64,000 nucleotides of DNA from Candidatus Latescibacterota bacterium (GCA_965204745.1 OZ242010.1:1216001-1280000), one strand, 5' to 3'. Positions 19,791 through 30,485 are shown, counted from the stretch's first letter. A program made the numbers and translations. The notes: generated by a model not told the origin, from the letters alone.

Positions 19791-21380
19791 TCATGTCACC
19801 ACAAAAGTCGCTTTGACCTCCGCGCTCTCTGCATAGCCAATCCGAATGGCTTTCGCCCGCATCGCGGTTTCGCCTTTTGGCAATCGAATGGGCTGGGAAT
19901 ACAACCGCCAGCGCGTGTCTCCGTCGAATTGATACGCCATAGACGCGCCCTGCGTCCCGCAGTAAAATTGCACCAGCATCGGCCCTTGAAATGTGCCGCC
20001 GTCGGGCGCGGCGCTTCGACCGGGGTTTTCCTCGCAAATCGGCACGAACACCGGCGTGCCGGTCCGCGGTTGGGATGTGCCCTGCCACATGCGAAACACC
20101 ATCTGATCTTCGGGCACATCGCCCCAGGTGTCGTAGTTGTCGCGCCATTCGTCCAGCGCGTAGCGCATGCGATCCAATGTCTCGGCATGCGCCGGGTCGT
20201 CTGCCAGATTGTTGACCTCAAACGGATCGACCTCTGTGTCGTACAATTCCTCGACCGGGCGTTGTCGAAACATCGCATTTTGCGCGCCTTCCAACTCGCC
20301 CGCCAAATGCAGTCGCCACATTTCTTGCAAGGCCGGGTGCCGGTTGCGATACGGAATCCACAGCAAATACGGGTTTTCCGGCATGTAATTTCGGATGTAC
20401 TTAAACCGCTTGTCGCGCACTGCCCGCATCATATCGTAAGATTCGTCATACCGATCCCGCGTCGCAAAAACGTAGTCCCTGTCTTTCGCCGCCGGCCCCA
20501 CAAAGGGTTGGCCCTGCATGTGCGCGGGGATCTGCACCTCGGCCAGTGACAACACCGTCGGCCCCAAGTCGATCATGCTCACCAACCGATCATCCACGCT
20601 ACCCGCTTCCAACGCGCCCGGCCAACGCACGATGCACGGCACGCGAATGCCCGCGTCATAAGGCCAGCGTTTGGCGCGCGGCAAGCCCTCGCCGTGGTCG
20701 CTCCAGATAAACACAATCGTATTGTCCGCCAGGCCATCGTCTTCCAACTGTTGCAACATCTCGCCGACCCACGCATCGTTGTCCGCGATGTTGTCGTAAT
20801 GCCGCGCCAGTGCCAGCCGCGCTTTGGGCGTATTGGGAATGTACGGGGGCAGCGTGACCGCATCGGGGTCCGTCTCCACCACGGCCCGCTTTTCGGGCCA
20901 CATGCCGCTCTCGTGCGACACCGTGCGGTTGAACACCGCAAAAAACGGCGCGCCGTCGGGCCGATCGCGCCAATGTGCCTGCGCGCTCAATTCATCCCAC
21001 GCGGTGATCGGCGGGGCAAATTGGTAATCGGTCTTGGTGTTGTTCGTGCAATAATACCCGGCCATCCGCAAATACTCCGGAAAGCACTTCACGTAATGCG
21101 GGGGCACCGCGTCGTAGGGCGTGGGCATTTGCGGCGCGTGCTCATTGGTGTGGCGCACGCGCATGTGTTGCGCGCCAATCGCCGTTTGATACATGCCCGT
21201 GATAATCGCCGCCCGGCTCGGCGCGCACACGCCCGCAGTCGAAAACGCATTGGGATACCGACAACCCTCTGCGGCCAAGCGATCCAAGTTCGGCGTGCGC
21301 GCCACCTCATCGCCATAACACCCAAACCGCGGGCTCGTATCCTCTAAAGACAACCACAAGATATTCGGTCTCTCGCTCAT
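19791..21380 (-). CDS. Formylglycine-dependent sulfatase
   Basis: RPNILW, CAPSRAAIITG and SDHG motifs. Confidence 0.93.
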   Translation of the reverse strand: MSERPNILWLSLEDTSPRFGCYGDEVARTPNLDRLAAEGCRYPNAFSTAGVCAPSRAAIITGMYQTAIGAQHMRVRHTNEHAPQMPTPYDAVPPHYVKCFPEYLRMAGYYCTNNTKTDYQFAPPITAWDELSAQAHWRDRPDGAPFFAVFNRTVSHESGMWPEKRAVVETDPDAVTLPPYIPNTPKARLALARHYDNIADNDAWVGEMLQQLEDDGLADNTIVFIWSDHGEGLPRAKRWPYDAGIRVPCIVRWPGALEAGSVDDRLVSMIDLGPTVLSLAEVQIPAHMQGQPFVGPAAKDRDYVFATRDRYDESYDMMRAVRDKRFKYIRNYMPENPYLLWIPYRNRHPALQEMWRLHLAGELEGAQNAMFRQRPVEELYDTEVDPFEVNNLADDPAHAETLDRMRYALDEWRDNYDTWGDVPEDQMVFRMWQGTSQPRTGTPVFVPICEENPGRSAAPDGGTFQGPMLVQFYCGTQGASMAYQFDGDTRWRLYSQPIRLPKGETAMRAKAIRIGYAESAEVKATFVVT

Positions 21381-21422
21381 CGCTCATCCTCTGTGAGGGG
21401 TTGGGATTCTGCCTCGATATCT

Positions 21423-21737
21423 TCAATCGAAGACAACATATTCAACTTCTCTCAAGATATGCGGGCCGAGATATGGACTGAGCGCGTCTGTCGTCACCAG
21501 ATCGACGCGCCGTCCCAAGATATTTTCTAAAAAGAATGACAGGGCCATGAAGCGATCAAACGATTTCTGCCCAGGCTCAAATTCGACGAGCAAATCGACA
21601 TCGCTATCATCTCCCTGCCTCTCCGTTGCAAACGATCCGAAAAGCCCCAAACGCTTAATACCGTATTTTTGGATTTCAATTTGGTTTTCTTTCACGAGAG
21701 AGACCAACTCATCCTTTGATTGAATCGCCGTATCCAC
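21423..21737 (-). CDS. Minimal nucleotidyltransferase (MNT antitoxin-like)
   Basis: LFGSFA...SDVDLLVEF and GRRVDLVT; GGAGG RBS before GTG 21737. Confidence 0.88.
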   Translation of the reverse strand: MDTAIQSKDELVSLVKENQIEIQKYGIKRLGLFGSFATERQGDDSDVDLLVEFEPGQKSFDRFMALSFFLENILGRRVDLVTTDALSPYLGPHILREVEYVVFD

Positions 21738-21824
21738 GCGCCCAACCTCCATTTCGACAAATAGAAACACCATCCAGATTTGAAACGCGATACACAATGT
21801 TTCGCTCTTAGGCCCTTGCGTATC

Positions 21825-21977
21825 CTATGGATTATCAAGTCTTAGACGGTAGGTTAGCAATTCCTCGTCCGTCAGGCGTTCTTGAGGCACCAACCGATAG
21901 TGCCGTTCAGAGACTTTTCGCACTTCGCCATCCACGATCTCCAATTCAAATAGGGCAATGACATTTTCAGCGTACTG
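21825..21977 (-). pseudogene. Start-less C-terminal 50 codons of a probable restriction endonuclease
   Basis: QYAENVIALFELEIVDGEVRKVSERHYRLVPQERLTDEELLTY...* begins directly after the MTase stop; resembles C-termini of endonucleases paired with this MTase type (recognition only). Confidence 0.5.
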
Positions 21978-23303
21978 TTACTCGCCCTTGGATTGGCCTT
22001 CCCAACGCAACAACACAACCTCTTCCCGAATATGTTGCTGAGTCGCGGTAGAAAACCTTTGTCTGAACAGATCGATATCCAGCACTTTATACCCCAATCG
22101 GTCTGCAATTTCTGCCAACAACTGTCCGGTTTTGATTAAAACGCGAAAATAAGAAGCCTGATCACCCACCACATAGGCGAGAAAAGCACCGGGTTTCAAA
22201 ATGGGTTTCAGGTTTTCTAAATGCCGCGTCAGGCCCCCAAAATAATGACAGACAACCTGAGCGTATAATTTTTCAAATCCCGATGTTTTGTTCAATGCAA
22301 CCCGGCGATTTTCTATGGCTTCTGCCAACTTTTGTATGCTGTCAAATTTTGCGACCCAGTCTCTATCCCTATCTTTTTTGTACACGCCTCGCGTATTGGA
22401 TCGTATCAACCTGCTTTTGTGGATTCGCAGATCTTTTCGATCCGCCATAAACCCCAGTAACACAGATTCCAAGCGCGTCGTTCGGGTATAATCCTTTTCA
22501 TTGGGATAGGGCGGCGACGTGATAACCGCATCGATGGATCGGGGTTGCAAAAGTTTTTTTAGGTTGCGCGCATCGCCAAAACGAACGACCGAGGAAATAT
22601 GGGCATGGGGTTTTACTTTGATTAAGTCTTCACGCATACTTCTAACACCCGCTAACCAAGGCGCGATGACAGGCGCGTCGATCTTGGCCTTACCCACGCC
22701 AACTTCTGGTCCAAAGCGCAAATTGCTCGCGGTATAAACCAACTGTTTGGCGAGTGCTAAACGCTCGTAGTCATAACATCTCGCGTGCTTTAATTGGTCA
22801 ATTTTTTCTGAAAGAGCCAAAACCTTGTGCAGTGGTTTGGGACTGATTGAGTTTGTAATGATCAACTTTTCTCGTTCGGGGCTGAGTGTCCGCAGGTTCG
22901 AGGGATTCTTTTTATCGAGAGGTTGAAAGAGCGAGGCGTCATCCACGCCTTCCAACGCCAGCAACTTTGACGTTTCTGCGGCAACCATTTCTGCATGATC
23001 GATGAGAACATCGGGGTCTATATCCCAATCCGTCTTCACACTTGCGGCGAATTTGACAACGGGATTGGCCTCAATGCCAAAACTCTTTATGCCCTGTTTT
23101 TTGCAGGCGACCAAAGTCGTGCCCGTGCCACAAAAGGGGTCTAAAACAGCACTTTTTTTTTCGAGTTCAAAACGTGCGATATAATTTTTTACGAGATGGG
23201 GGGGATATGAGAGAACAAACCGATACCACTCGTTGACCGGGCGGTCTTCGGGATACAGTCGATTGCGTTCTGCGCCTTGATTGGTTTGCGTCAAATATGG
23301 CAT
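21978..23303 (-). CDS. Amino-DNA methyltransferase, probably N4-cytosine, alpha motif order
   Basis: VLDPFCGTGTT near the N-terminus, ITSPPY in the C-terminal half; AT-richer than flanks. Confidence 0.9.
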   Translation of the reverse strand: MPYLTQTNQGAERNRLYPEDRPVNEWYRFVLSYPPHLVKNYIARFELEKKSAVLDPFCGTGTTLVACKKQGIKSFGIEANPVVKFAASVKTDWDIDPDVLIDHAEMVAAETSKLLALEGVDDASLFQPLDKKNPSNLRTLSPEREKLIITNSISPKPLHKVLALSEKIDQLKHARCYDYERLALAKQLVYTASNLRFGPEVGVGKAKIDAPVIAPWLAGVRSMREDLIKVKPHAHISSVVRFGDARNLKKLLQPRSIDAVITSPPYPNEKDYTRTTRLESVLLGFMADRKDLRIHKSRLIRSNTRGVYKKDRDRDWVAKFDSIQKLAEAIENRRVALNKTSGFEKLYAQVVCHYFGGLTRHLENLKPILKPGAFLAYVVGDQASYFRVLIKTGQLLAEIADRLGYKVLDIDLFRQRFSTATQQHIREEVVLLRWEGQSKGE

Positions 23304-23452
23304 GGTATTTTTTATCAGTGAGCTATCGCGTCATCTGTCTCGTCCATCATGCACAAGTTTTCAATTTTAGGCAATCATTGTTTGCCTTGTCTCTGCGCGG
23401 GAATATCGTATGCTATGCAAGTTATCTTCAACCCGAAACAACGGTGAATGTT

Positions 23453-24160
23453 ATGACGCGCCCAATGATCGGCATTACCACCAGCTTTGACGCGCAAAGC
23501 AGCCAGCAATCGCTCACCCGCGACTACGTGATCGCCGTAGAACGCGCGGGCGGGTGTCCGCTACTCATGCCTATGACCGAACGACGCGCTACCCTTGTGC
23601 CGCTGTTCGGGTTGCTCGATGGCCTGATCATCACCGGCGGGCCGGGGATAACCGAGGGCTTGATCGGCGACTTGCCCGACGATCTCCCCCCGGTCGATAA
23701 AACGCGCTACCAAAACGACATGTGCGCTTTTGAATACGCAGAAAAAAAACAGATGCCCGTGTTGGGCATCTGCTATGGCATGCAATTCATCAATGCACAA
23801 TTCGGCGGCACGATCTACGCCGACATTCAAAAACAATGCGATGTTGAACCCCATTCTCCCAAACGCGCTGTGCGTGCTGTTCGCCACGCGATCTCCCTCA
23901 CCTCCAAGTCGCATCTCGCCGCGATTTTAGGCCAAACCAAATGCGAGACCAATAGCTTTCACCTTCAAGCCATTGAAACAGTCGGCGCGAAACTCAACAT
24001 CAGTGCCCGCAGTGCGGATCGCGTCATCGAAGGCATCGAAACCCCGGATGGACGCATTATCGGCGTGCAATTCCACCCTGAAAAAATGCCCCACACCCGC
24101 TTTGATCGCATCTTTGACCACTTGCTCGCACAAGTTCAGCGCGCTGTTCCAAACGCTTGA
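23453..24160 (+). CDS. Peptidase C26 / gamma-glutamyl-gamma-aminobutyrate hydrolase family (PuuD-like)
   Basis: RPMIGIT, LGICYGMQ, NSFHLQAI and GVQFHPE. Confidence 0.9.
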   Translation: MTRPMIGITTSFDAQSSQQSLTRDYVIAVERAGGCPLLMPMTERRATLVPLFGLLDGLIITGGPGITEGLIGDLPDDLPPVDKTRYQNDMCAFEYAEKKQMPVLGICYGMQFINAQFGGTIYADIQKQCDVEPHSPKRAVRAVRHAISLTSKSHLAAILGQTKCETNSFHLQAIETVGAKLNISARSADRVIEGIETPDGRIIGVQFHPEKMPHTRFDRIFDHLLAQVQRAVPNA

Positions 24161-24163
24161 TCC

Positions 24164-24342
24164 ATCAGTGGTCAGTTCCCACCGCGCCCCACCCCCCTTC
24201 GGTGAGACGTAAGATGGAAGTTTAGCCACAAAAGGCACAAAAACACAAAAGACGATCAGTGTGTAGGGACGTGGCCCCGGTGCTCGCCCGAAGATAGGAG
24301 AGGTGAGGCAACCCCGCCACCGCCCAAGTGGTCAGTGGTCAG
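24164..24342. repeat. Nested short-repeat cluster (GGTGAGACGTAAGA/GAGGTGAGGCAACCCCGCC family interrupted by GCCACAAAAGGCACAAAA and GTAGGGAC modules)
   Basis: Uninterrupted reverse-complement copies occur at about 54214-54275 and 63013-63085. Confidence 0.7.
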
Positions 24343-24696
24343 TAGGTTCTGTTGACATTTACGAGCAAAGCAACAGGCTTGAGCGGTTTATCGAGAAAAT
24401 CAAGCCCTATCGCAGAATATGCTCTCGGTTTGAGAAACTGAAACAGTCGCTCCTTATCGGGACCTACCCCCCTAACCCCCGTTACTCGCTTCGCTTCGTT
24501 GTAGGCTACGCCTGTGCCTGCGAGGAAGGGGGAACGGTGAGCGGTTTTGCGAGGGGATTGATGAGGGATATTTAATCGCTTTATGCCCTCGCAAAACGCC
24601 ATCAGAGCAACCAGAGCGAGAAGCCATCAAAGGAACTTTACTCCCCTTTCCTCGTAGGAAAGGGGCCGGGGGATAGGTCCCCTCGCGCAACGCCAT
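24343..24696. mobile_element. Modular IS5-derived MITE, one-ended copy D
   Basis: TA+GGTTCTGTTGACATTT end, transposase relic and hairpin modules as in copies A and B; second TIR absent. Confidence 0.8.
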
Positions 24697-24799
24697 GTTG
24701 ATGAACTTGTACCCCGATTCGCTGTGGTGCCCTGTGTCCAAAAAAAGAAAAGCCAGACACGTTATCGCGTCTGGCTTTTGTCGTGTCCATCTGTTCGCG

Positions 24800-26341
24800 C
24801 TATCGTGCGGGGTAATCGTCAAAATCGCGTGCGGGATCATCGCTGATCACTTGGGGCGCGTACAGGGGCGCGTCGGCCTCGACCAATTTGCCATCGGCCC
24901 GCAAGATCTGATTGGGCGTGTGCATCTTGACCCGCGCCGGATACTTGGCGCGCAACTCGGCGGTCTGCCGCACGCGGAGGGCCTCCACCTCGTCAAAATC
25001 AAACCCATCCATCGCCGCATCTCGCAACGCCTTCAACGCCGCATTGTCCGGATCGGCCTTCAACAAATTGTGCTGTTCATCCGGATCGCTCTCCATATCA
25101 AAAGCCAAATCCTCGCAACCCCGAAACGCGATGTACTTGTATTGTTGCGAGCGAATCATCCGAAACTCCGTGCCAGCACCCCAGCGCGGATTCGGCGATT
25201 CGGTAATCACCCCGACGCGGTCGTCGAGCGCGGCACTCGATCCCCCCTTCAACACCGCCGTCAAATCCACGCCGTCCAACCCATCCGGGCGATCCAACCC
25301 CGCCAAGCCGCAAAGCGTGGGGAACAAATCCGCAAGGCCAACCGGCATACGCACCTCCCGCGCATCCAAACTGCGGTCGCGATGTTCGGGCAACGACACG
25401 ATCAGCGGCACATGCGCGGCGGCTTCGTGCCACGTATTTTTCCACCAAATACCGTGCTCGCCCGCCAACTCCCCGTGGTCAGATGTATAGACGATCACCG
25501 TATTGTCCAAAAACCCATCGCGGTCGAGCAGAGCGAGAAAATCGCCCAAAAGTTCATCCAAAAAATCGACCGCCGCAAAATACGCCGCCCGCGCCTTGAG
25601 CATCTCATCCTCGCCGATCTCGGCTGTGCGAAACCCCTTGATCGCGCCCACGGTCATCGGATGATCCGCGCTATCGCCCGTGCGTTCCACCCAGGGCCGG
25701 GTCACGCCATCCGGATAATAGCGGTCGAAAAACCGCTTGGGCGCGGTCAGCGGGAAGTGCGGTCGGCTAAAGGACGTATAGACCAGCCACGGCGTGTCGG
25801 GCTTGGCATGCCGGTGTTCGCGCAACCACGCGAGCGACTCGCGTGCGATCATATTTTCCTGCAAAAGCGACTCGGGCACCTCGCTGATGCCCGCATCGAC
25901 CGTGCGCGTTCGCAACCCATCGCCCGTCTTTTCCAACGGATCGGGCTGATGCGAACACGGGCCGCCAAAATCGCCGTAGGGCCGCGCGCCAAACCCGGCG
26001 TGTTGCAATGACCCGCCCAAATGCGTCTTGCCCACCACGGCGGTCTCGTACCCATTCGCCTGAAAATGACTGCCAAAGGTCGGCAAATTCGGGTCGAGAA
26101 TGGATCCATTGCTCCACGCGCCACACCGATGGGCATGCCGCCCGGTCAGCATGGCAATGCGACTCGGCGTACACAGCGGCATCTGGCAATACGCCGCATC
26201 GAAATGTACGCCCCGCGCGATCAAATCATCCAACACAGGCGTCTGACAGGGTTCGCCCCCTCGCGCTCGGCTCCGCGCTGACAAAAAGCGAAAACTGTGT
26301 TCATCGCTGTGCAAAATCAGGACATTCGGACGTTCAGACAT
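24800..26341 (-). CDS. Sulfatase (choline-sulfatase-like)
   Basis: RPNVLILHSDEH, CTPSR, GKTH and TSDHGE. Confidence 0.92.
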   Translation of the reverse strand: MSERPNVLILHSDEHSFRFLSARSRARGGEPCQTPVLDDLIARGVHFDAAYCQMPLCTPSRIAMLTGRHAHRCGAWSNGSILDPNLPTFGSHFQANGYETAVVGKTHLGGSLQHAGFGARPYGDFGGPCSHQPDPLEKTGDGLRTRTVDAGISEVPESLLQENMIARESLAWLREHRHAKPDTPWLVYTSFSRPHFPLTAPKRFFDRYYPDGVTRPWVERTGDSADHPMTVGAIKGFRTAEIGEDEMLKARAAYFAAVDFLDELLGDFLALLDRDGFLDNTVIVYTSDHGELAGEHGIWWKNTWHEAAAHVPLIVSLPEHRDRSLDAREVRMPVGLADLFPTLCGLAGLDRPDGLDGVDLTAVLKGGSSAALDDRVGVITESPNPRWGAGTEFRMIRSQQYKYIAFRGCEDLAFDMESDPDEQHNLLKADPDNAALKALRDAAMDGFDFDEVEALRVRQTAELRAKYPARVKMHTPNQILRADGKLVEADAPLYAPQVISDDPARDFDDYPAR

Positions 26342-26405
26342 AAATCCTCCGAAAATAAAACAGGGCTTTTAACCAGAAGCTAAAAGCCCAACGCATTGCA
26401 AAAAT

Positions 26406-26483
26406 TGGGGTGAGTGAGGGGATTTGAACCCCCGACCTCCTGGGCCACAACCAGGCGCTCTGACCGACTGAGCTACACCCACC
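26406..26483 (-). tRNA. tRNA-His (GTG)
   Basis: GGTGGGTGTAGCTCAG...TTGTGGC...GGTTCAAATCC...CACTCACCCCA; G-1 and CCA are encoded. Confidence 0.96.
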
Positions 26484-26491
26484 ACACAGAA

Positions 26492-26565
26492 CACTCCCGG
26501 CAGGGCTCGAACCTGCGACCTACTGCTTAGAAGGCAGTTGCTCTATCCAGCTGAGCTACGGGAGC
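26492..26565 (-). tRNA. tRNA-Arg (TCT)
   Basis: GCTCCCGTAGCTCAGCTGGATAGAGC...CTTCTAA...GGTTCGAGCC; CCA not encoded. Confidence 0.95.
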
Positions 26566-26770
26566 AAAAATCAAACAAAGGTCATATCTCGTGCGGAGAA
26601 AAGTATCAAATTGAACGAGAAGTGTCAAGCAAATGTTTTTCAACTTGACAACTCCCTTTTGCCTGATAATATTCTCTCCCATCGTTGCCCCTACACCGCC
26701 AAAATGCCGGTGGGGATGAACATCGTCACCCATTCCGCTGATTCGCTTCTTCCGAACAGACCAACCACCC

Positions 26771-28114
26771 ATGCTCGACCTCCGATTCCTCGAAGAAGGC
26801 AAGGCCATTCGGGACCCGATATGGGGCTATATTCACATCCCGTCCGATTTTGTCGGCCTCGTCGATGCCGAAGAATTTCAACGCCTGCGCGACATATCGC
26901 AACTCGGGCATGTTCTGCTCGTGTATCCCGGCGCACGGCATTCGCGTTTTGAACACGCCTTGGGCGTGTTTCACGTTGCCGGGCACTTCCTCAAACAGTT
27001 GCTCAAATCGCCGCACCCGCCAGCTATCGACCTCGAGGACGTGCGCGTGTTGCTCGCGGCGAGTTTGTTGCACGACATCGGGCATTATCCCTTTTCGCAT
27101 CTGCTCGAAGAAATGCAGATGTTTTTTATTCAACACGAAACTCGGGGGCGGCACCTCATCGAAGACGCGAGCACGGAAGTCCACGCCGCGTTGCTCAACG
27201 CCGGCATCTCGCCCCTGCGCGTTGCAAATGTCATCGACTACCAAACGCGCACCATTCCGGCCCGGGATGCGCGCCTAGCCCACATTCTCAGCGGCACGCT
27301 CGATCCGGACAAAATCGACTATCTCTTGCGAGACGCGCGCTATTGCGGCGTGCCCTTTGGCGAAAGCGTGAACAGAGATCGCTTGTTGTCCTCGATTACA
27401 TACCACCGCGCAACCCAACGCCCGGCCATTACGCACAAGGGCGTATCCGCGGTCGAAGCCCTCATCTTTACCAATTATCTGATGTATCGCAATGTCTATT
27501 GGCACCACGCGGTGCGCTCGGCCAGCGCGATGTTCAAGCGCGGCACCCAAGACCTGTTGGCGCATCCCAAGTGCGCGTTGACGGAAAGCGACTTTGACCG
27601 CGCCACCGAAGCCGATTTGCTCCACCGCCTCAAAGAAGAACACGCCGCACTCGGCATCGACCATCGCGCCTGCCTGATCGGCCGGCTCAAAAGGCGCAAA
27701 CTCTTCAAAGTCGCCCGCATGTTCTTTCCCCATCAATGCGCGCAAAATCTCATGCGGTTGTTCGGTCAACTCTACTACGCGCCCGATCGACGCCGCGAAC
27801 TCGAAAGGGCCTTTTGCGCCCGTGTCGCCTCCAAGTGCGATCTCGACCTCTGCGGCGATGAAATCCTCTTGGACATTCCCCGCTTGGGCAAAAGCCCAGA
27901 AGTCGATCTCAAGGTCTTTTTTGACGCCAACATTCCCGTCGATAAACCCGAACCCCTGAGCTTTGACGACCCAGAGGTCTCCCTGCTCAAAAATTATCTG
28001 ATCGACAACTTTGAAGCCCAAGCCCGCGTGGTCCGCATCTTCTGCGACGACATGCCCACGCTCCGCCGCGCCGTGCGCGATGAAGCCCCGGCCTTCCTCG
28101 AAAGTTGGGCGTAG
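26771..28114 (+). CDS. HD-domain phosphohydrolase (dNTP triphosphohydrolase/SAMHD1-like)
   Basis: IRDPIWG, FQRLRDISQLG, HSRFEHALG, LHDIGH and DKIDYL. Confidence 0.9.
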   Translation: MLDLRFLEEGKAIRDPIWGYIHIPSDFVGLVDAEEFQRLRDISQLGHVLLVYPGARHSRFEHALGVFHVAGHFLKQLLKSPHPPAIDLEDVRVLLAASLLHDIGHYPFSHLLEEMQMFFIQHETRGRHLIEDASTEVHAALLNAGISPLRVANVIDYQTRTIPARDARLAHILSGTLDPDKIDYLLRDARYCGVPFGESVNRDRLLSSITYHRATQRPAITHKGVSAVEALIFTNYLMYRNVYWHHAVRSASAMFKRGTQDLLAHPKCALTESDFDRATEADLLHRLKEEHAALGIDHRACLIGRLKRRKLFKVARMFFPHQCAQNLMRLFGQLYYAPDRRRELERAFCARVASKCDLDLCGDEILLDIPRLGKSPEVDLKVFFDANIPVDKPEPLSFDDPEVSLLKNYLIDNFEAQARVVRIFCDDMPTLRRAVRDEAPAFLESWA

Positions 28115-28233
28115 GTCGCCTTTTCATCCACCCTCTTGTATCTTTGGGCGAGCACGGGGCATCGCCCCTACATGCCTTGATCGCCTTTTGTGCCTTTTGT
28201 GGCTAAACTTCCATCTCACCATTGGATTCTCGC

Positions 28234-29166
28234 ATGAAAAAACAGCTAACTTTTATGGTCGTCTCGCATCCCTCAGGTCGCGTCAAAGAACGCCGGTTGT
28301 CGCGGCTCGCGTTTCTCGTCATGTCGAGCGCGGCAGTGCTCGCTTTTTGCGCGCTGCTCTCGCTCGCATTCGGCTTTGTCGGCAGCATCGATCAGCGGGG
28401 AAGGCTCGCTGCACTCCAGAAGGAAAACGCCGCGCTCCAACGCCAACTCGTCGTCGTCAAAGAAGAGATGGAAACCATGCGGCAGCACATGGATGAGTTG
28501 ATCGCAAAAGACCGCATCATGCGCGCCTGGGTTGACTTGGCAGAACCGCGTGTTCGGCAAATCGGGATCGGCGGCGGCGATGCCATCCCGCCAGAGTGGG
28601 AAAACGCGGTTTCAGCCGAGGTCTCCGATCAGCTGATTCAGACGCACACCGACATGGATCAACTCCTGCGCGAGGCGCGGTTCCTAAAAGCGAGTTTTGA
28701 TACGATTTTGTCCGTGCTCGGCAAAGACACGAAAATGCGCCGCCACATCCCTTCGATCACCCCGGTCGTGGCGGAAAATCCGCGCATATCCTCGGGCTTT
28801 GGCATCCGCCGCGATCCCTTCACGGGCCGCAGGCAATTTCACAATGGCATCGACTACCCCGGTCGCATCGGCACGCCCATCGTCGCCACAGCCGACGGGG
28901 TCATCGACAAAATTGACCGCAACAATCGCTTGGGCTGGTACGTGGCCATCGCGCACGGCTATGGCTTGCGTACCGTGTATGGACACCTCAACCGCAAGCC
29001 CCACATCGCGGTGGGCGACCGCGTCAAACGCGGGCAAAAAATCGGCGAGATGGGCAGAACCGGACGCGCCACCGCGTCGCACCTCCACTACGCAGTCAGC
29101 AAAAATGGCAAAGCCGAAAACCCCATGAATTACATCTTCGACCAAAAAACGGGGTTCCTGTTTTGA
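28234..29166 (+). CDS. M23 family peptidoglycan metallopeptidase
   Basis: TM segment and coiled coil, then HNGID, YGHL and HLHY. Confidence 0.92.
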   Translation: MKKQLTFMVVSHPSGRVKERRLSRLAFLVMSSAAVLAFCALLSLAFGFVGSIDQRGRLAALQKENAALQRQLVVVKEEMETMRQHMDELIAKDRIMRAWVDLAEPRVRQIGIGGGDAIPPEWENAVSAEVSDQLIQTHTDMDQLLREARFLKASFDTILSVLGKDTKMRRHIPSITPVVAENPRISSGFGIRRDPFTGRRQFHNGIDYPGRIGTPIVATADGVIDKIDRNNRLGWYVAIAHGYGLRTVYGHLNRKPHIAVGDRVKRGQKIGEMGRTGRATASHLHYAVSKNGKAENPMNYIFDQKTGFLF

Positions 29167-29379
29167 GACTTGGAGTCAGATCGATGCCGATCCTTCACCC
29201 GAACGGTCAAGCGCGCCATCCGCGCCGAAACACCGCGCGACGAGATCGCGTTGGATAAGCCGAGACCGCAACAAGCCCCCGGAATTTTGCACAGTGCTCA
29301 ATGCGGATCCCGACGATGTGGAATCGTTCCTATTCATGGGCGGCCTGACCGATCCCAAGAAGACCGATTTTTACTTTGA

Positions 29380-29452
29380 ATGCGAATTAAGAGTAGAAAG
29401 CGAGTAAGAAGCAAGCCGCGGTCAATCTCCCAAAGACATGAACGAGTAAGCC
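29380..29452. mobile_element. Solo end fragment (about 73 bp) of the IS982 element
   Basis: Near-identical to the IS982 end starting at 3273, including the IR. Confidence 0.85.
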
Positions 29453-29462
29453 ATCCTACGAC

Positions 29463-30272
29463 CTAATCATTCAAATTCTCCACCACCGCCAAAGGCGTCG
29501 CCGCAAAAAGCCCTGCATCCACGGGAATGACCACCCCGGATATCCAACGCGATTCGTCGCTGCCCAAAAACACCGCTGTCCACGCGATATCCCACGCATT
29601 GCCCTCTGTGCCGAGCGGGGCAATTTTTCGTCGGTTCTCCCGTTTTTCTCTTGGCAGGTGCGCCACAAAAGTCGTGTGGATATGCCCGGGCGCAATGCAG
29701 TTGACGCGCACATTCTCCCGGCCGTGATGCACTGCTGCCAGCCGCGTCAGGGTGATGATCCCGCCCTTGGCAACGCCGTAGGGCACATTGTGGGAATACC
29801 CCGCGCGCATGCCGTCGATCGACGAAATATTGATGACCGAACCCCCGCCGGACGCCGCCATCATGGGAATGGCGTACTTGCACAAGAACGCCATGCTCTT
29901 AAGCCCCACATTCATCATGCGATCCCAACTCTCTTCCTTGATCTCCGTGACCATGCCCGGGGCATACGCCCCCACATTGTTGAAGAGAATATCCAACGTG
30001 CCGTAGTGCTCAACTGCGGCCGCCACAATGGCCCGACACTGATCCGGCTTTGACACATCGGCGATGGCGATCTCCGCGTCGCCGCCCTCTGCTCGAATCG
30101 TCCTGCGAGTCCGATCCGCGTTTTCCCTGTCGATATCCGCCAAGATGACCTTCGCGCCTTCCCGCGCAAACAGCACAGCCGTCGCGCTTCCGGTGCCGCG
30201 CAATGCCCTATCCGCCACCTCGCGCGTACCCGCCCCGGTCACAATGGCGACCTTGTCCTTCAAGCGATCCAT
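29463..30272 (-). CDS. Short-chain dehydrogenase/reductase
   Basis: KVAIVTGAG, NNVG, YGVAKG and RVNCIAPG. Confidence 0.92.
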   Translation of the reverse strand: MDRLKDKVAIVTGAGTREVADRALRGTGSATAVLFAREGAKVILADIDRENADRTRRTIRAEGGDAEIAIADVSKPDQCRAIVAAAVEHYGTLDILFNNVGAYAPGMVTEIKEESWDRMMNVGLKSMAFLCKYAIPMMAASGGGSVINISSIDGMRAGYSHNVPYGVAKGGIITLTRLAAVHHGRENVRVNCIAPGHIHTTFVAHLPREKRENRRKIAPLGTEGNAWDIAWTAVFLGSDESRWISGVVIPVDAGLFAATPLAVVENLND

Positions 30273-30297
30273 AACTAGTCCTTTCAACGCCCACCAT

Positions 30298-30453
30298 TCA
30301 AATCAAACAAATCGCCGGTTCGCACCCGCGCGGCTTGTGCATGTCCTCCGGAACCGGCGGCAACTCCTCCGCCTCGCCGAGGGTGACTTGCGACATCTTC
30401 TCCGCCACTGCCGCGGCAAAGTTTTGCAACGCCGCGTGGATTGAATGATTCAT
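30298..30453 (-). pseudogene. 51-codon scar, probably the fused N- and C-termini of a large type ISP/IIG restriction-modification enzyme
   Basis: MNHSIHAALQNFAAAVAEKMSQVTLGE joined to AEELPPVPEDMHKP; recognised by resemblance only. Confidence 0.4.
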
Positions 30454-30485
30454 TTTATGGTTCCAAAGCCAGCGTGTGGTATAGA

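Noticed and set aside
26406-26565. tRNA-anchored prophage or island
   Set aside because: No integrase, duplicated tRNA 3' end or phage genes nearby.
29170-29379. 69-aa ORF after the M23 gene
   Set aside because: No convincing RBS or motif; another frame hints at a TPR-like fragment, too weak to call.
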